47,069 bases of DNA. Source: Candidatus Bipolaricaulota bacterium. GTDB lineage: Bacteria; Bipolaricaulota; Bipolaricaulia; UBA7950; UBA9294. The notes beneath the pieces were generated by a model. It was not told the DNA's origin, ran no database searches, and worked only from the letters and a program-made list of their open reading frames with translations. Where the stretch lies: the NCBI GenBank assembly GCA_041302745.1, contig JBFYQP010000037.1, forward strand, positions 1 through 47,069, read 5' to 3'. This document shows positions 18,877 through 27,198 of the stretch, one piece after another. The position numbers and the translations under genes were made by a program. Within the stretch, counting starts at the first letter, position 1, and each line of letters opens with the position of its first letter.

Positions 18877-19568
18877 CGCCGGGGCCCTCGCGAGTCCTGC
18901 TCAAACTGAGCGGCGAGGCCCTGAAAGGACCCGAAGGCGCGTTCTCTCCCGATTCGCTCCGCCGAATCGCGGGAGAGATCGCGCCTCTCTCTTCGACGCA
19001 GATCGCCATCGTCGTCGGCGGAGGGAACGTCATTCGCGGAGCCCGCACTGAGGGGTTCGATCGTGTCGAAGCGGACACGCTCGGGATGCTCGCGACGGTC
19101 TTGAACGCCCTCGCGCTTCGAACCTACCTCGAGCGTGCGGGTCGCGACGTCTTCGTCCAGTCGGCGATCGGCACCGAGTTGACCGACTCGATCTCGCCCC
19201 GCGACGCGAGGAAGGCGCTCGCCGGAGGAGCGATCGTGGTGTTCGCGGGCGGGACGGGGAGCCCCCTCGTCACGACCGACACCGCCGCGGCGCTACGGGC
19301 TGTATCCATCGACGCCGACCTGCTCGCGAAAGCGTCGAACGTCCCCGGCGTGTTCGATCGCGACCCGGCCAAAGACTCGAACGCTCGTCGCTTGTCCGAC
19401 GTCTCGTTCGATGAGTTCCTCGCGGCACGGTACGGCGTGATGGATCAGGTCGCCGTCGAGATCTGTCGCGAACACCGTCTTCCGATCGAAGTGTTCGACT
19501 TCGATCGGCCGGGCGCGCTTCGCGCACTCACGGAAGGCAAGCGCGTCGGGACGCGAATCGGCGCGTAG
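18873..19568 (+). CDS. pyrH: UMP kinase
   Basis: VLLKLSGEAL and IAIVVGGGNVIRG. ATGA overlap with tsf. Confidence 0.9.
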   Translation: MTPGPSRVLLKLSGEALKGPEGAFSPDSLRRIAGEIAPLSSTQIAIVVGGGNVIRGARTEGFDRVEADTLGMLATVLNALALRTYLERAGRDVFVQSAIGTELTDSISPRDARKALAGGAIVVFAGGTGSPLVTTDTAAALRAVSIDADLLAKASNVPGVFDRDPAKDSNARRLSDVSFDEFLAARYGVMDQVAVEICREHRLPIEVFDFDRPGALRALTEGKRVGTRIGA

Positions 19569-19573
19569 CGGAC

Positions 19574-19602
19574 GGCCGCCGAGCCCTTCGGGGAGCGCGG
19601 CC
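19574..19602 (+). terminator. Hairpin with UUCG-type loop after pyrH (possible terminator in the convergent gap)
   Basis: GGCCGC...CCC-TTCG-GGG...GCGGCC: a 6-bp outer stem, an internal loop, then a 3-bp inner stem. No U-tract. Confidence 0.3.
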
Positions 19603-19682
19603 GCGAACTCCGCGACCGGCGTCCGGCTCTGTGGCTCTCTGTGCGCTCTGCGGTGGGTTCTGCACGTGCGCGCTTCGCAGAG

Positions 19683-21935
19683 CTAGACGCGGAGCCAACG
19701 AATGACCTCGCCGAAGCGCCGATCGGCCGCCGCCGCGGTCGCGGCGTCGACTCCGCGCCGATGCACAGCTCGTGCCGCCGCCTGAGCGGCCTCCATCAAG
19801 TCGAGATCGGCGACGAGGTCCGCGGCGCGGAACCGCGTCAGGAAGCCGTGCTGATGAGTTCCGAGTAGGTCCCCGGGACCGCGGATGCGAAGGTCCTCCT
19901 CGGCGATGGCAAACCCGTCCGAGACGTCGCGAAACGCCTCCAGGCGCCGCCGCGCGTCGTCCGTGCGCGCATCGGCGACCGCAAAGCAAAAGGACGGCTG
20001 CCCGGATCGCCCGATCCTTCCACGCAGCTGATGCAGCTGGGAAAGCCCGAACCGATCGGCGTGCTCGATCACCATGTAGTCCGCGTCGAGAACGTCGACG
20101 CCCACTTCGACCACGGTGGTCGACACGAGCAGGTGGACGTCGCCCCTCCGGAACCGGGCCATGACGTCAGCCTTCTCCGCCGCGGGGAGACGCCCGTGCA
20201 GGAGGCCGACGCGGGAGCGGGAGAACCGCTCGGACAGCTCCTCGTAGACCTTCACGGCGGCCTTGGCGTCGATCTTCTCGGACTCCTCGATGAGGGGAAG
20301 GATCACGTAGCCGCGCCGTCCTTCCAGAAGCGCCTTCTGCACTTCGTCGTAGACCGCTCCACGGCGCGACTCGGCGACCCAATGCGTCTTCGTCTGCTTC
20401 TCGCCCATCGGCAACTCGTCGAGAACCGACACGTCGAACTCGCCGAACAGGGTCAGCGCGATCGTCCGAGGAATCGGCGTCGCGCTCATGACGAGCAGGT
20501 CGACGTTCTCGCCCTTTTCTTCAATGAGCGAGCGCTGAACGACGCCGAAGCGGTGCTGTTCGTCGATGATCACGAGCCCGAGCCGCCCGAACGCTACGGA
20601 CTCTTGAATGAGCGCGTGCGTCCCCACGACGAGGTCCAGGTCCCCCTCCACAGAACGGCGAAGGTCGGGATCTCCCGACGTCGTTCCGGTGAGAAGGCCG
20701 ACGCGGACGGGAAGCCCTGCGAGCAGCCGCTCCAGGTTCGAGGCGTGCTGCTCGGCGAGAATCTCCGTTGGAACCATCAGCGCGACCTGGAATCCCGCCT
20801 CGATCGCGCAGAGGGCGGCTGCGACGGCGACGAGCGTCTTTCCGGAGCCGACGTCGCCCTGAAGAAGGCGCATCATTCGCAGGGGTTCCGAGAGGTCCCG
20901 TCGGATCTCGCGCAGAGCGCGCTGCTGCGCGGCCGTCAGGGGAAACGGGAGGCTGGCAAGAAGCGAGTTCACGAGCTGTCCCGATCCACCGTGGGGCGCG
21001 CCGGTGCGGTCGCGAGTCGTCGTCAAGAGCCCGATCTGAAGGAGGAACAGCTCCTCGAACGCGAGGGCGCGCCGCGCTCGGTTGAAGTCGTCGGCCCCGG
21101 AGGGACGATGGATGGACGCGATGGCCTCGCGCGTGTCCGGAAGGCCCGCTTCGGCGCGTACGTCGGCGGGGACGACGTCGCGAATCGCGGGGAGATACGG
21201 ATCGAGGTTCCGCTCAACGAGCGACCGGACGAAGCGGTCGGTGAGTCCTTCCGTGGCCGGGTAGATCGGGACGAGCCGCCCAATCTCCTGACCTGCTCCG
21301 GCGGGCTCCCACGTCGGGGACGGCATCTGCCACTCGCGGAACTTCCACTCCGCTCGGCCGAACACGTCAACCTCTTCGCCGCGGCGGAGCTGTTGGGCAA
21401 TCCACGGCTGGTTAAACCAGACGGCGTACAGGAACCCGGTTCCGTCACCGATCGCCGCCTTGATCACCGTCATTCCTCGGCCGACGCGGTGCTGGTCGAC
21501 GGCAAGGATCTTGCCCCGGACGACGGCCTCGTCGCCCGACGCGAGGCTTCCGATGGAAACGAAGCGCGTGCGATCCTCGAGGCGGCGAGGAAGGTAGTAG
21601 AGCAGGTCTTCCACTGTGAGCACCCCGAGCTTCTCGAGCAGCTCGGCTCGCTTGGCGCCGACGCCGCGGAGGCCGGCGACCGATGTCGTCAGGTCCGCTC
21701 CGCCGGCGTCGGCAGGCGGCCCCTGAAGGTGATCGACCAGCCTCGCGATCATCCGTTGGCGGTCGAAGTGGGAGGCCTTGTCGTAGCCGACGACGATTGA
21801 GTGCGCCGAGGGGAGTTGACGCTCGACGAACGCCTCGATCCCGCACGTGACGGCCGTGTCCTGGAACCCGGTCGAGCGCTCAAGCCTGAGGACCTTCTCG
21901 ATGGTGGTTCTTGGATCGCCGTTCTCTTGTGGCAT
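19683..21935 (-). CDS. recG: ATP-dependent DNA helicase RecG
   Basis: From the internal MPQENGD: 750 aa with a wedge domain, LLQGDVGSGKTLVA (Walker A), VIIDEQHRFGV (motif II) and QLRGRIGR. The 960-aa track ORF extends over the def gene. Confidence 0.9.
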   Translation of the reverse strand: MPQENGDPRTTIEKVLRLERSTGFQDTAVTCGIEAFVERQLPSAHSIVVGYDKASHFDRQRMIARLVDHLQGPPADAGGADLTTSVAGLRGVGAKRAELLEKLGVLTVEDLLYYLPRRLEDRTRFVSIGSLASGDEAVVRGKILAVDQHRVGRGMTVIKAAIGDGTGFLYAVWFNQPWIAQQLRRGEEVDVFGRAEWKFREWQMPSPTWEPAGAGQEIGRLVPIYPATEGLTDRFVRSLVERNLDPYLPAIRDVVPADVRAEAGLPDTREAIASIHRPSGADDFNRARRALAFEELFLLQIGLLTTTRDRTGAPHGGSGQLVNSLLASLPFPLTAAQQRALREIRRDLSEPLRMMRLLQGDVGSGKTLVAVAAALCAIEAGFQVALMVPTEILAEQHASNLERLLAGLPVRVGLLTGTTSGDPDLRRSVEGDLDLVVGTHALIQESVAFGRLGLVIIDEQHRFGVVQRSLIEEKGENVDLLVMSATPIPRTIALTLFGEFDVSVLDELPMGEKQTKTHWVAESRRGAVYDEVQKALLEGRRGYVILPLIEESEKIDAKAAVKVYEELSERFSRSRVGLLHGRLPAAEKADVMARFRRGDVHLLVSTTVVEVGVDVLDADYMVIEHADRFGLSQLHQLRGRIGRSGQPSFCFAVADARTDDARRRLEAFRDVSDGFAIAEEDLRIRGPGDLLGTHQHGFLTRFRAADLVADLDLMEAAQAAARAVHRRGVDAATAAAADRRFGEVIRWLRV

Positions 21936-21955
21936 ATCGGACGCTACTTTATAAT
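21927..21955 (+). promoter_or_regulatory. Candidate def-fmt promoter (TTGTGG-N17-TATAAT)
   Basis: TATAAT at 21950-21955 and TTGTGG at 21927-21932. The recG start codon (21933-21935) lies inside the spacer. The -10 box ends 13 nt before the def ATG. Confidence 0.4.
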
Positions 21956-21968
21956 GCGCCCGACGGCC

Positions 21969-22475
21969 ATGCAAGGAAAGAAGAGCCCCATTCGCACCTT
22001 TGGCGATCCCGCGCTGCGGCGCCCGGCCGAGGTCGTCGAGGCGATCGACGACGACGTCCGGGAGATCTGCCGCGCCATGGTTGAAGCGATGCTCCGTGCG
22101 GGCGGCGCGGGAATTGCCGCGCCGCAGATCGGGATCTCCAAGCGGATCATTGTTCTGGATGTCGACGGGCAGTTCCACATCCTCATCAACCCCGAGCTCC
22201 TTGCGAGCGAGGGCGAGACGGAGGAGACGACGGAGGGGTGCCTGAGCGTTCCGGGGGTCAACGCCCCCGTCGTGCGCAGCGCGCGCGCGACCGTCGCCGG
22301 CACCACGCTCGCCGGCGAACGCGTCGAGATCACCGGCGAAGGCCTGCTCGCTCGCGCCATCCAGCATGAGATGGACCATCTCGACGGCCAGCTGTTCTTG
22401 GATCACCTCAGCCCTGCTCGCAGGCGGAGCCTGCTCCAGCAGTACAAGCGCCGAAAGCGTGACGAGGAGGACTAG
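21969..22475 (+). CDS. def: Peptide deformylase
   Basis: GIAAPQIG, EGCLSVPG and HEMDHLDG motifs. An ATG at 21969 gives 168 aa. ATG 21954 would lie inside the -10 box. Confidence 0.85.
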   Translation: MQGKKSPIRTFGDPALRRPAEVVEAIDDDVREICRAMVEAMLRAGGAGIAAPQIGISKRIIVLDVDGQFHILINPELLASEGETEETTEGCLSVPGVNAPVVRSARATVAGTTLAGERVEITGEGLLARAIQHEMDHLDGQLFLDHLSPARRRSLLQQYKRRKRDEED

Positions 22476-22476
22476 C

Positions 22477-23400
22477 GTGCGCGTCATCTTCCTCGGGACC
22501 GGCGAATTCGCCCGCCCGGCACTCTCCCGGCTGGCGGAGCGGCACGACGTCGTCCTGGTCGTCACTCAACCGGATCGTCCCGCAGGCCGCCACGCCGAGC
22601 CGTCCGCCCCGCCGGTGAAGGACGAAGCGGGGTCGCTCGGTCTCTCGCTCTTCCAGCCGGAGCGAATCAACACGCAGGAGTCCGTGTCGCGGCTGCGTTC
22701 CGCGAAGGCCGACATCCTCGTCGTGGCCGCGTACGGCCAACTCCTCAAGCCGGAGGTGCTCGACGCTGCCCCCCGCGGTGCGGTGAACCTCCACGCCTCG
22801 CTCCTCCCCGCGTACCGCGGCGCGGCGCCGATTCAGTGGGCGATCCGGCGGGGCGAGTCGCGGAGCGGGATCACCACGTTTCAACTCGACCGAGGGATGG
22901 ACACCGGCCCGCTGCTTCTGCGGAGGCCGCTCGACATCGGCCCGGACGAAACCGCAGGGGACTTGGAGCGGCGCATGGCCGTGCTCGGAGCGGACCTGAT
23001 CCTCGAGACCCTCGAAGGCCTCGCAACAGGAACGATCGCCCCGCGCCCCCAGCCGGAGGGCGGCGCCTCGCTTGCTCCTCGACTGACGAAGGACGACGGC
23101 CGGGTTGATTGGACCCGAACGGCCGCCGAGGTCCACAACCTCGTGCGGGGCATGTCGCCGTGGCCGGGCGCGTGGACCCTTCTCTCGGGAGAGCGAATCA
23201 AGCTCTTGCGTACTGCGAGAACGGGCGTCGCGGTCGGACGGATCGAGCCCGGCCTCATCGGGCCGCGGGAGGCGCGGCAGCTCTTGATCGCCTGCGCCGA
23301 CGAACTCCTCGAGGTCGTTCTGGTTCAGAGGGAAGGGCGTCCCCGGACGACGGGACGCGAGTTCCTGAACGGGATGCGTCCCGGGTCCCGCTTCGAGTGA
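22477..23400 (+). CDS. fmt: Methionyl-tRNA formyltransferase
   Basis: GTG at 22477 after a GAGGAGG SD. VRVIFLGTGEFA and HASLLPAYRGAAPIQWAI. 307 aa. Confidence 0.9.
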   Translation: MRVIFLGTGEFARPALSRLAERHDVVLVVTQPDRPAGRHAEPSAPPVKDEAGSLGLSLFQPERINTQESVSRLRSAKADILVVAAYGQLLKPEVLDAAPRGAVNLHASLLPAYRGAAPIQWAIRRGESRSGITTFQLDRGMDTGPLLLRRPLDIGPDETAGDLERRMAVLGADLILETLEGLATGTIAPRPQPEGGASLAPRLTKDDGRVDWTRTAAEVHNLVRGMSPWPGAWTLLSGERIKLLRTARTGVAVGRIEPGLIGPREARQLLIACADELLEVVLVQREGRPRTTGREFLNGMRPGSRFE

Positions 23401-23574
23401 GAACCAGCGGGGGTCCCGCTTCGAGTGAGAACCAACGGGGTCCCGTTCTGACTGAGAACCAACGGGGTCCCGTTCTGACTGAGAACCAGCGGGGTCCCAC
23501 TCTGACTGAGAACCAGCGGGGTCCCGTTCTGACTGAGAGGCAGCGGGGTCCCGCTCTGACTGAGAGGCAGCGGG
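23383..23574. repeat. Tandem array, 7 head-to-tail copies of a 27-bp unit (GGGGTCCCGYTCTGACTGAGAACCARC-like)
   Basis: Units lie at 23383-23409 (variant: the 5' G run is 3 nt instead of 4, with one extra G at the unit 1/unit 2 junction), 23410-36, 23437-63, 23464-90, 23491-517, 23518-44 and 23545-71, followed by a decayed tail. The array fills the convergent gap between fmt (stop 23398-23400, inside unit 1) and the PPC-domain gene (stop 23582-23584). Confidence 0.9.
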
Positions 23575-23581
23575 AGGCGGC

Positions 23582-23998
23582 TCAGCGGCTGCTGGTCGGG
23601 TAGAGCCCGGCGCCGCCCCACGGTTCCGCACGGCGCTCCAATCGGATGCCCTCGAAGATGCGGATGGCGATCTCGGCCGTGTTCGTCACCGTCGCGCCGA
23701 GCAGGTGGCCGCCGCACGCGGATCCGTCCTGCCTGGCGACGGAAACGTGACAGTGAATGGCGCGGCCCTCCGCGGACGTGGCGAAGCTGCCCTGGATCGA
23801 TAGAAGCTCGACCGGCTCTGCGATGCAATGCTCCTCGAATGTTCTTCCGTTCCAGTACCCCGTCCGAAGGTCCCGAAGCATCCCGATTCCGGCCAGGATC
23901 GCGCCCGAGTCGATGGCGAGATCTCCCAGGCGAGCCATCAGGTCTTCGCCGTCGACGAGGCGGACGACGAGGTCGCTTCCCTCTTTCGCATGGAACAT
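23582..23998 (-). CDS. PPC (DUF296) domain protein
   Basis: From the internal ATG: MFHAKEGSDLVVRLVDGEDLMARL...LLSIQGSF...HCHVSVA...GGHL, the DUF296/PPC pattern. 138 aa. GGAG SD upstream. Confidence 0.7.
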   Translation of the reverse strand: MFHAKEGSDLVVRLVDGEDLMARLGDLAIDSGAILAGIGMLRDLRTGYWNGRTFEEHCIAEPVELLSIQGSFATSAEGRAIHCHVSVARQDGSACGGHLLGATVTNTAEIAIRIFEGIRLERRAEPWGGAGLYPTSSR

Positions 23999-24083
23999 GT
24001 CTCTCCTTCTCGGAGCGGCGCCCGCTCCGCTGGGCGACGAAGCCCGCTTGTGCACCGGCGGCCTGCTCCCTATCCTGTCACCC

Positions 24084-24752
24084 ATGGTTCGACAAGCCGA
24101 TCCGGATTGGGTCCTACGCCGGCTGCGCGATGCGCTCGGGCCTGTCCCGCAGGTCGCGAGCGATCCTGTGGAGACGCTCGTCCTGACGATCCTCTCTCAG
24201 AACACCACGGACGTCAACCGAGACCGTGCCTACGGATCTCTGATGGCTCGGTTCGGGTCGGCCGATGCGATCGCCGACGCCGAGGTCGAGGAGATCGCGG
24301 CCGCAGTCTCCCCGGCGGGTCTCCAATGCCAGAAGGCGGCGTCGATCCGCGCCGTCCTCCGGAGAGTCAGGGCTCGCGAGGGTTCTTTGGATCTCTCGTT
24401 CCTCGGACGCATGTCGACCGAAGAGGCGCTCGCGTGGCTTCTTGCGTCCCCCGGCGTCGGCGAGAAGACGGCGAGCATCGTGCTTCTGTTCTCGTTCGGG
24501 CGGCCGGTGTTTCCCGTCGACACCCACATTCGCCGGATCCTGAATCGGCTTGGCTGGATTGCCGGCAGCGGCAGCCCATACCGGCAGGCCAACGAACTCC
24601 TCCCTAAGGACGCCTCAAGGATGCGGGACCTGCACCTGCTCCTCATCGAACTCGGGCGGAGAATCTGCCGCGCACGCCGTGCCGACTGTGCGATCTGTCC
24701 GCTCGCGGAGCGATGCGACTCCAGCGGCCGCGTGAGGGCTGGGGTATCATGA
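24084..24752 (+). CDS. Endonuclease III-family HhH-GPD DNA glycosylase
   Basis: HhH motif LLASPGVGEKTASIVLLF, the VDTHIRRI Asp, and a C-terminal C-x6-C-x2-C-x5-C [4Fe-4S] loop (CRARRADCAICPLAERC). 222 aa from the ATG at 24084. Confidence 0.8.
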   Translation: MVRQADPDWVLRRLRDALGPVPQVASDPVETLVLTILSQNTTDVNRDRAYGSLMARFGSADAIADAEVEEIAAAVSPAGLQCQKAASIRAVLRRVRAREGSLDLSFLGRMSTEEALAWLLASPGVGEKTASIVLLFSFGRPVFPVDTHIRRILNRLGWIAGSGSPYRQANELLPKDASRMRDLHLLLIELGRRICRARRADCAICPLAERCDSSGRVRAGVS

Positions 24753-24771
24753 CCTGCGAGCGTAGGAGGGA

Positions 24772-25269
24772 ATGATGCGGGATTCCGTGGAGCTGTTGGC
24801 CAAGGAGCTCCTGGCGCGAGGGTGGAAGCTCGCCGTCGCGGAGTCATGCACGGGAGGCGGCCTCGGAGCAAGGATCACGGACACCGCGGGGAGTTCCGCC
24901 TATTTCCTCGGCGGGATCATCGCGTACGACAACCGAGTCAAGAAGGACATGCTGGGCGTTCCCGACGCTGTGTTCGCCGAGTCGGGAGCGGTCAGTCGGC
25001 CGTCGGCCGAGGCGATGGCGGCAGGCTGCTTGCGCCGCTTCGGGGCGGACGTCGCGGTGTCGATTACGGGAATCGCGGGCCCCGGCGGGGGAACGCCCGG
25101 CAAGCCGGTCGGGCTTGTCTACATTGCCGCCGCGACGGGGAGCGGCGAGCTGTCCGAGGAAAGGCACTTCTCGGGAGACCGCGCATCCGTGAGGCGTCAG
25201 GCGGTGGACGCCGCGCTTCGGCTTGCTCTCGCGGCGGTCCGCGCCGCGGGATCGCCGCGGATGCCTTGA
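24772..25269 (+). CDS. cinA: CinA C-terminal-domain protein (nicotinamide-nucleotide amidohydrolase PncC-like)
   Basis: [44 protein letters not shown] is the stand-alone CinA_C pattern. 165 aa. Confidence 0.85.
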   Translation: MMRDSVELLAKELLARGWKLAVAESCTGGGLGARITDTAGSSAYFLGGIIAYDNRVKKDMLGVPDAVFAESGAVSRPSAEAMAAGCLRRFGADVAVSITGIAGPGGGTPGKPVGLVYIAAATGSGELSEERHFSGDRASVRRQAVDAALRLALAAVRAAGSPRMP

Positions 25270-25295
25270 TCGCCCCTCGTTGTCCGAGCTAGACT
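25266..25295 (+). promoter_or_regulatory. Candidate promoter giving a leaderless mRNA (TTGATC-N18-TAGACT, then 6 nt, then ATG)
   Basis: TTGATC at 25266-25271, TAGACT at 25290-25295 and ATG at 25302. No SD. Confidence 0.35.
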
Positions 25296-25301
25296 CCGCA
25301 C

Positions 25302-26402
25302 ATGAAACGGCCGCTCCGGAGCACGCTCCAATTCCTCGCATCCCTCGTGGTCGGACTGGGCGGCGTCGCGGCCGTTCTTTACTTCGTCGGTTGGCGGGAG
25401 ACCCTCGGAGAGATGAGGGCGCTCGGACCGCTCGGCATGCTCTCCGTCCTCGGCTTGGTGGCCCTCCCGATGCTCGCCTGGATCCTCTGCTGGAGTGTGA
25501 TTCTCTACGCCCAGGGGATCCGGATCCCCCTGGGCCGGCGGGTCGGCGCGCAGCTCTCCGGCTACTCGATGACCTACCTGACGCCGACGATGTACTTCGG
25601 GGGAGAACCCATCCGCGCCTTCCTCGTGGCGGACAAGGAACGGGCTCCGATGACGCGCGTGTTCGCCACGATCATCGTGGAGCGATTCCTCGGCGGACTG
25701 AGCATGGTCGGCTTCATCCTGATCGGAAGCTTCTACGCCATCGTTTCCCCGGACCTTCCCGCGAATGAGAAGCGCCTTCTCATTGCCGGGCTGGCCTTCG
25801 TGACCTTCTGGATCTTCGTCGGCCTGGTGAACTTCGCGGGGAACCTGAAGTGGGTCAGTCGGGTCGTCCGCTTCCTCGGACGGCCGATGCCCCGGTGGCA
25901 GGATGCGCTGCGGCGCGCCGCCGACAAGATCTCGGAGACGGAAGACGAGGTGGGAATCGCCTTCACGAAGCATTGGAGAGCCACGCTGGTCGTCCTCGCG
26001 CTCCAGGGTGTGGCGACCCTTTGTGCATTCATGCGGCCCGAGGTGTTCTTCCGCTTCTCGGCGGGGCACGGCTTCACCTTCTCGCAGCTCTCGCTCCTGT
26101 TTACGTTGAACGTCCTCCTGTCCTTCTTCTTGTGGATCACCCCAGGAGGCCTGGGCACGGGCGAGGCGGGGCTGATCGGCATCTTCCACCTCATCGCGCC
26201 GCAGGCCACGAGCGGCGCGGTGGTGGCGTATTCGCTTGTCTACAAGTTTGCCGAGTGGCTCCTCGTCATTGCCGGAGTCGTGTACATGCTGCAGCGGGGG
26301 ATGGGTTTCCTCGGGCGGAGGAGAGCAGAACCCCACCCCACCAGGGTGCCGAGGCATCGACCCGGCGCACCTACGGCAGGGGGTCGAACGGACGGGCCGT
26401 GA
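25302..26402 (+). CDS. UPF0104 / LPG-synthase-TM (flippase-like) family membrane protein
   Basis: Polytopic membrane protein with the family-typical ITPGGLGTGEAGLIG segment. The Arg/Pro-rich C-terminal tail overlaps the ftsX 3' end by 32 nt, so the true end is uncertain. Confidence 0.65.
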   Translation: MKRPLRSTLQFLASLVVGLGGVAAVLYFVGWRETLGEMRALGPLGMLSVLGLVALPMLAWILCWSVILYAQGIRIPLGRRVGAQLSGYSMTYLTPTMYFGGEPIRAFLVADKERAPMTRVFATIIVERFLGGLSMVGFILIGSFYAIVSPDLPANEKRLLIAGLAFVTFWIFVGLVNFAGNLKWVSRVVRFLGRPMPRWQDALRRAADKISETEDEVGIAFTKHWRATLVVLALQGVATLCAFMRPEVFFRFSAGHGFTFSQLSLLFTLNVLLSFFLWITPGGLGTGEAGLIGIFHLIAPQATSGAVVAYSLVYKFAEWLLVIAGVVYMLQRGMGFLGRRRAEPHPTRVPRHRPGAPTAGGRTDGP

Positions 26403-27198
26403 GGTAGCTCGCCCCGAACAGGCCGGAGAGCCCTCCCATCAGGAGCCCCAACAGAACCGACAGAAGTCCCACCCCGATCAGACGCGGCGTGGTCAGGGGC
26501 AGCGCGGGATTCGCCCCGCCCGTCGTCGCCTGGAACACGTAGAGGCCGACGAACAGCACGACGCTCGCGAGAGCTCCCATGAGAAGGCCGAGCACGACGA
26601 GCGGCGGGTACATCGTGCGCTCGGAGACGCCGGACAGGCGCATCAGCCGGATTTCGTTGCGGAACGTGTGGAGCAGCGCGCGAAACCCTCTCCGCGTGAG
26701 GAACAGGAACGCACACGCACTGACGAGAAGCCCGCATAGAAGGCCGATCCGAGCGTTCCTGGACAGCGCCAGCCCCGGCGTGCCGATCGCCGCCGTGCCC
26801 ACCTCCGCGCCGTCCACGCCGCTCATCGCCCGGAGCGCGGCAGCCAGGCCGCGCGCGGCGGCGGCCGACGTCGCACGGACGAGGAAGCGCCCTCCCGTCG
26901 ACGTTGGGGTGACCTGGGTCGCGAACTCGAAGCGAACCTCCCGGACGTCCGAGCGCTCCTGAATTGTGGCGAACAGGTCGTCGATCGCCGCGGTGGACAA
27001 GCGGGGCGAGAGGTACACCACGACCCGATCGGCCGTCAGCATAGCGCCCTGGGTTCCCCCCGCGATTGGGAACAGGTAGAACGAGGCGAACGCCGCAAGG
27101 AAGAGGAACAGGGATAGGATCGCGAGCGAGAACAGGATGCCGCTCCGGGTTCGAATGGCTCCGAGCAGCTCGCGCTCGAGGAACAGGAACTCGTTCAT
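26371..27198 (-). CDS. ftsX: Cell division permease FtsX
   Basis: 275 aa. TM1, then an extracytoplasmic domain of about 100 aa, then three C-terminal TMs. It overlaps the ftsE stop (ATGA-type). Confidence 0.75.
   Translation of the reverse strand: MNEFLFLERELLGAIRTRSGILFSLAILSLFLFLAAFASFYLFPIAGGTQGAMLTADRVVVYLSPRLSTAAIDDLFATIQERSDVREVRFEFATQVTPTSTGGRFLVRATSAAAARGLAAALRAMSGVDGAEVGTAAIGTPGLALSRNARIGLLCGLLVSACAFLFLTRRGFRALLHTFRNEIRLMRLSGVSERTMYPPLVVLGLLMGALASVVLFVGLYVFQATTGGANPALPLTTPRLIGVGLLSVLLGLLMGGLSGLFGASYLTARPFDPLP

Noticed and set aside
19603-19682. CT/GT-rich low-complexity stretch (CTCTGTGGCTCTCTGTGCGCTCTGCGGTGGG) in the pyrH/recG convergent gap, considered as a possible sRNA or tRNA
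   Set aside because: It has no tRNA-like arms and no promoter/terminator pair. It is too short and too degenerate to call.
23383-23574. Possible CRISPR array, because of regularly spaced repeats
   Set aside because: The units abut head-to-tail with no spacers. The 27-bp unit has no separate repeat and spacer parts, and there are no cas genes in the window. It is a tandem minisatellite.
22408-23828. Repeat-peptide ORFs reading through the 27-bp array (track ORFs 23109..23603 +, 22408..23631 - and 23325..23828 -, for example the ENQRGPVLT repeats)
   Set aside because: They overlap fmt or the PPC-domain gene out of frame for most of their length and have no SD or plausible start next to the array. 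They stay open only because the 27-bp period preserves frame.
26371-26402. 32-nt convergent overlap of the UPF0104 gene with ftsX (and the 13-nt overlap of the DUF59 gene with murJ at 2317-2329), considered as an antisense regulatory feature
   Set aside because: The overlapping tails are Arg/Pro-rich and unconserved-looking. Short convergent overlaps are common in compact high-GC genomes.
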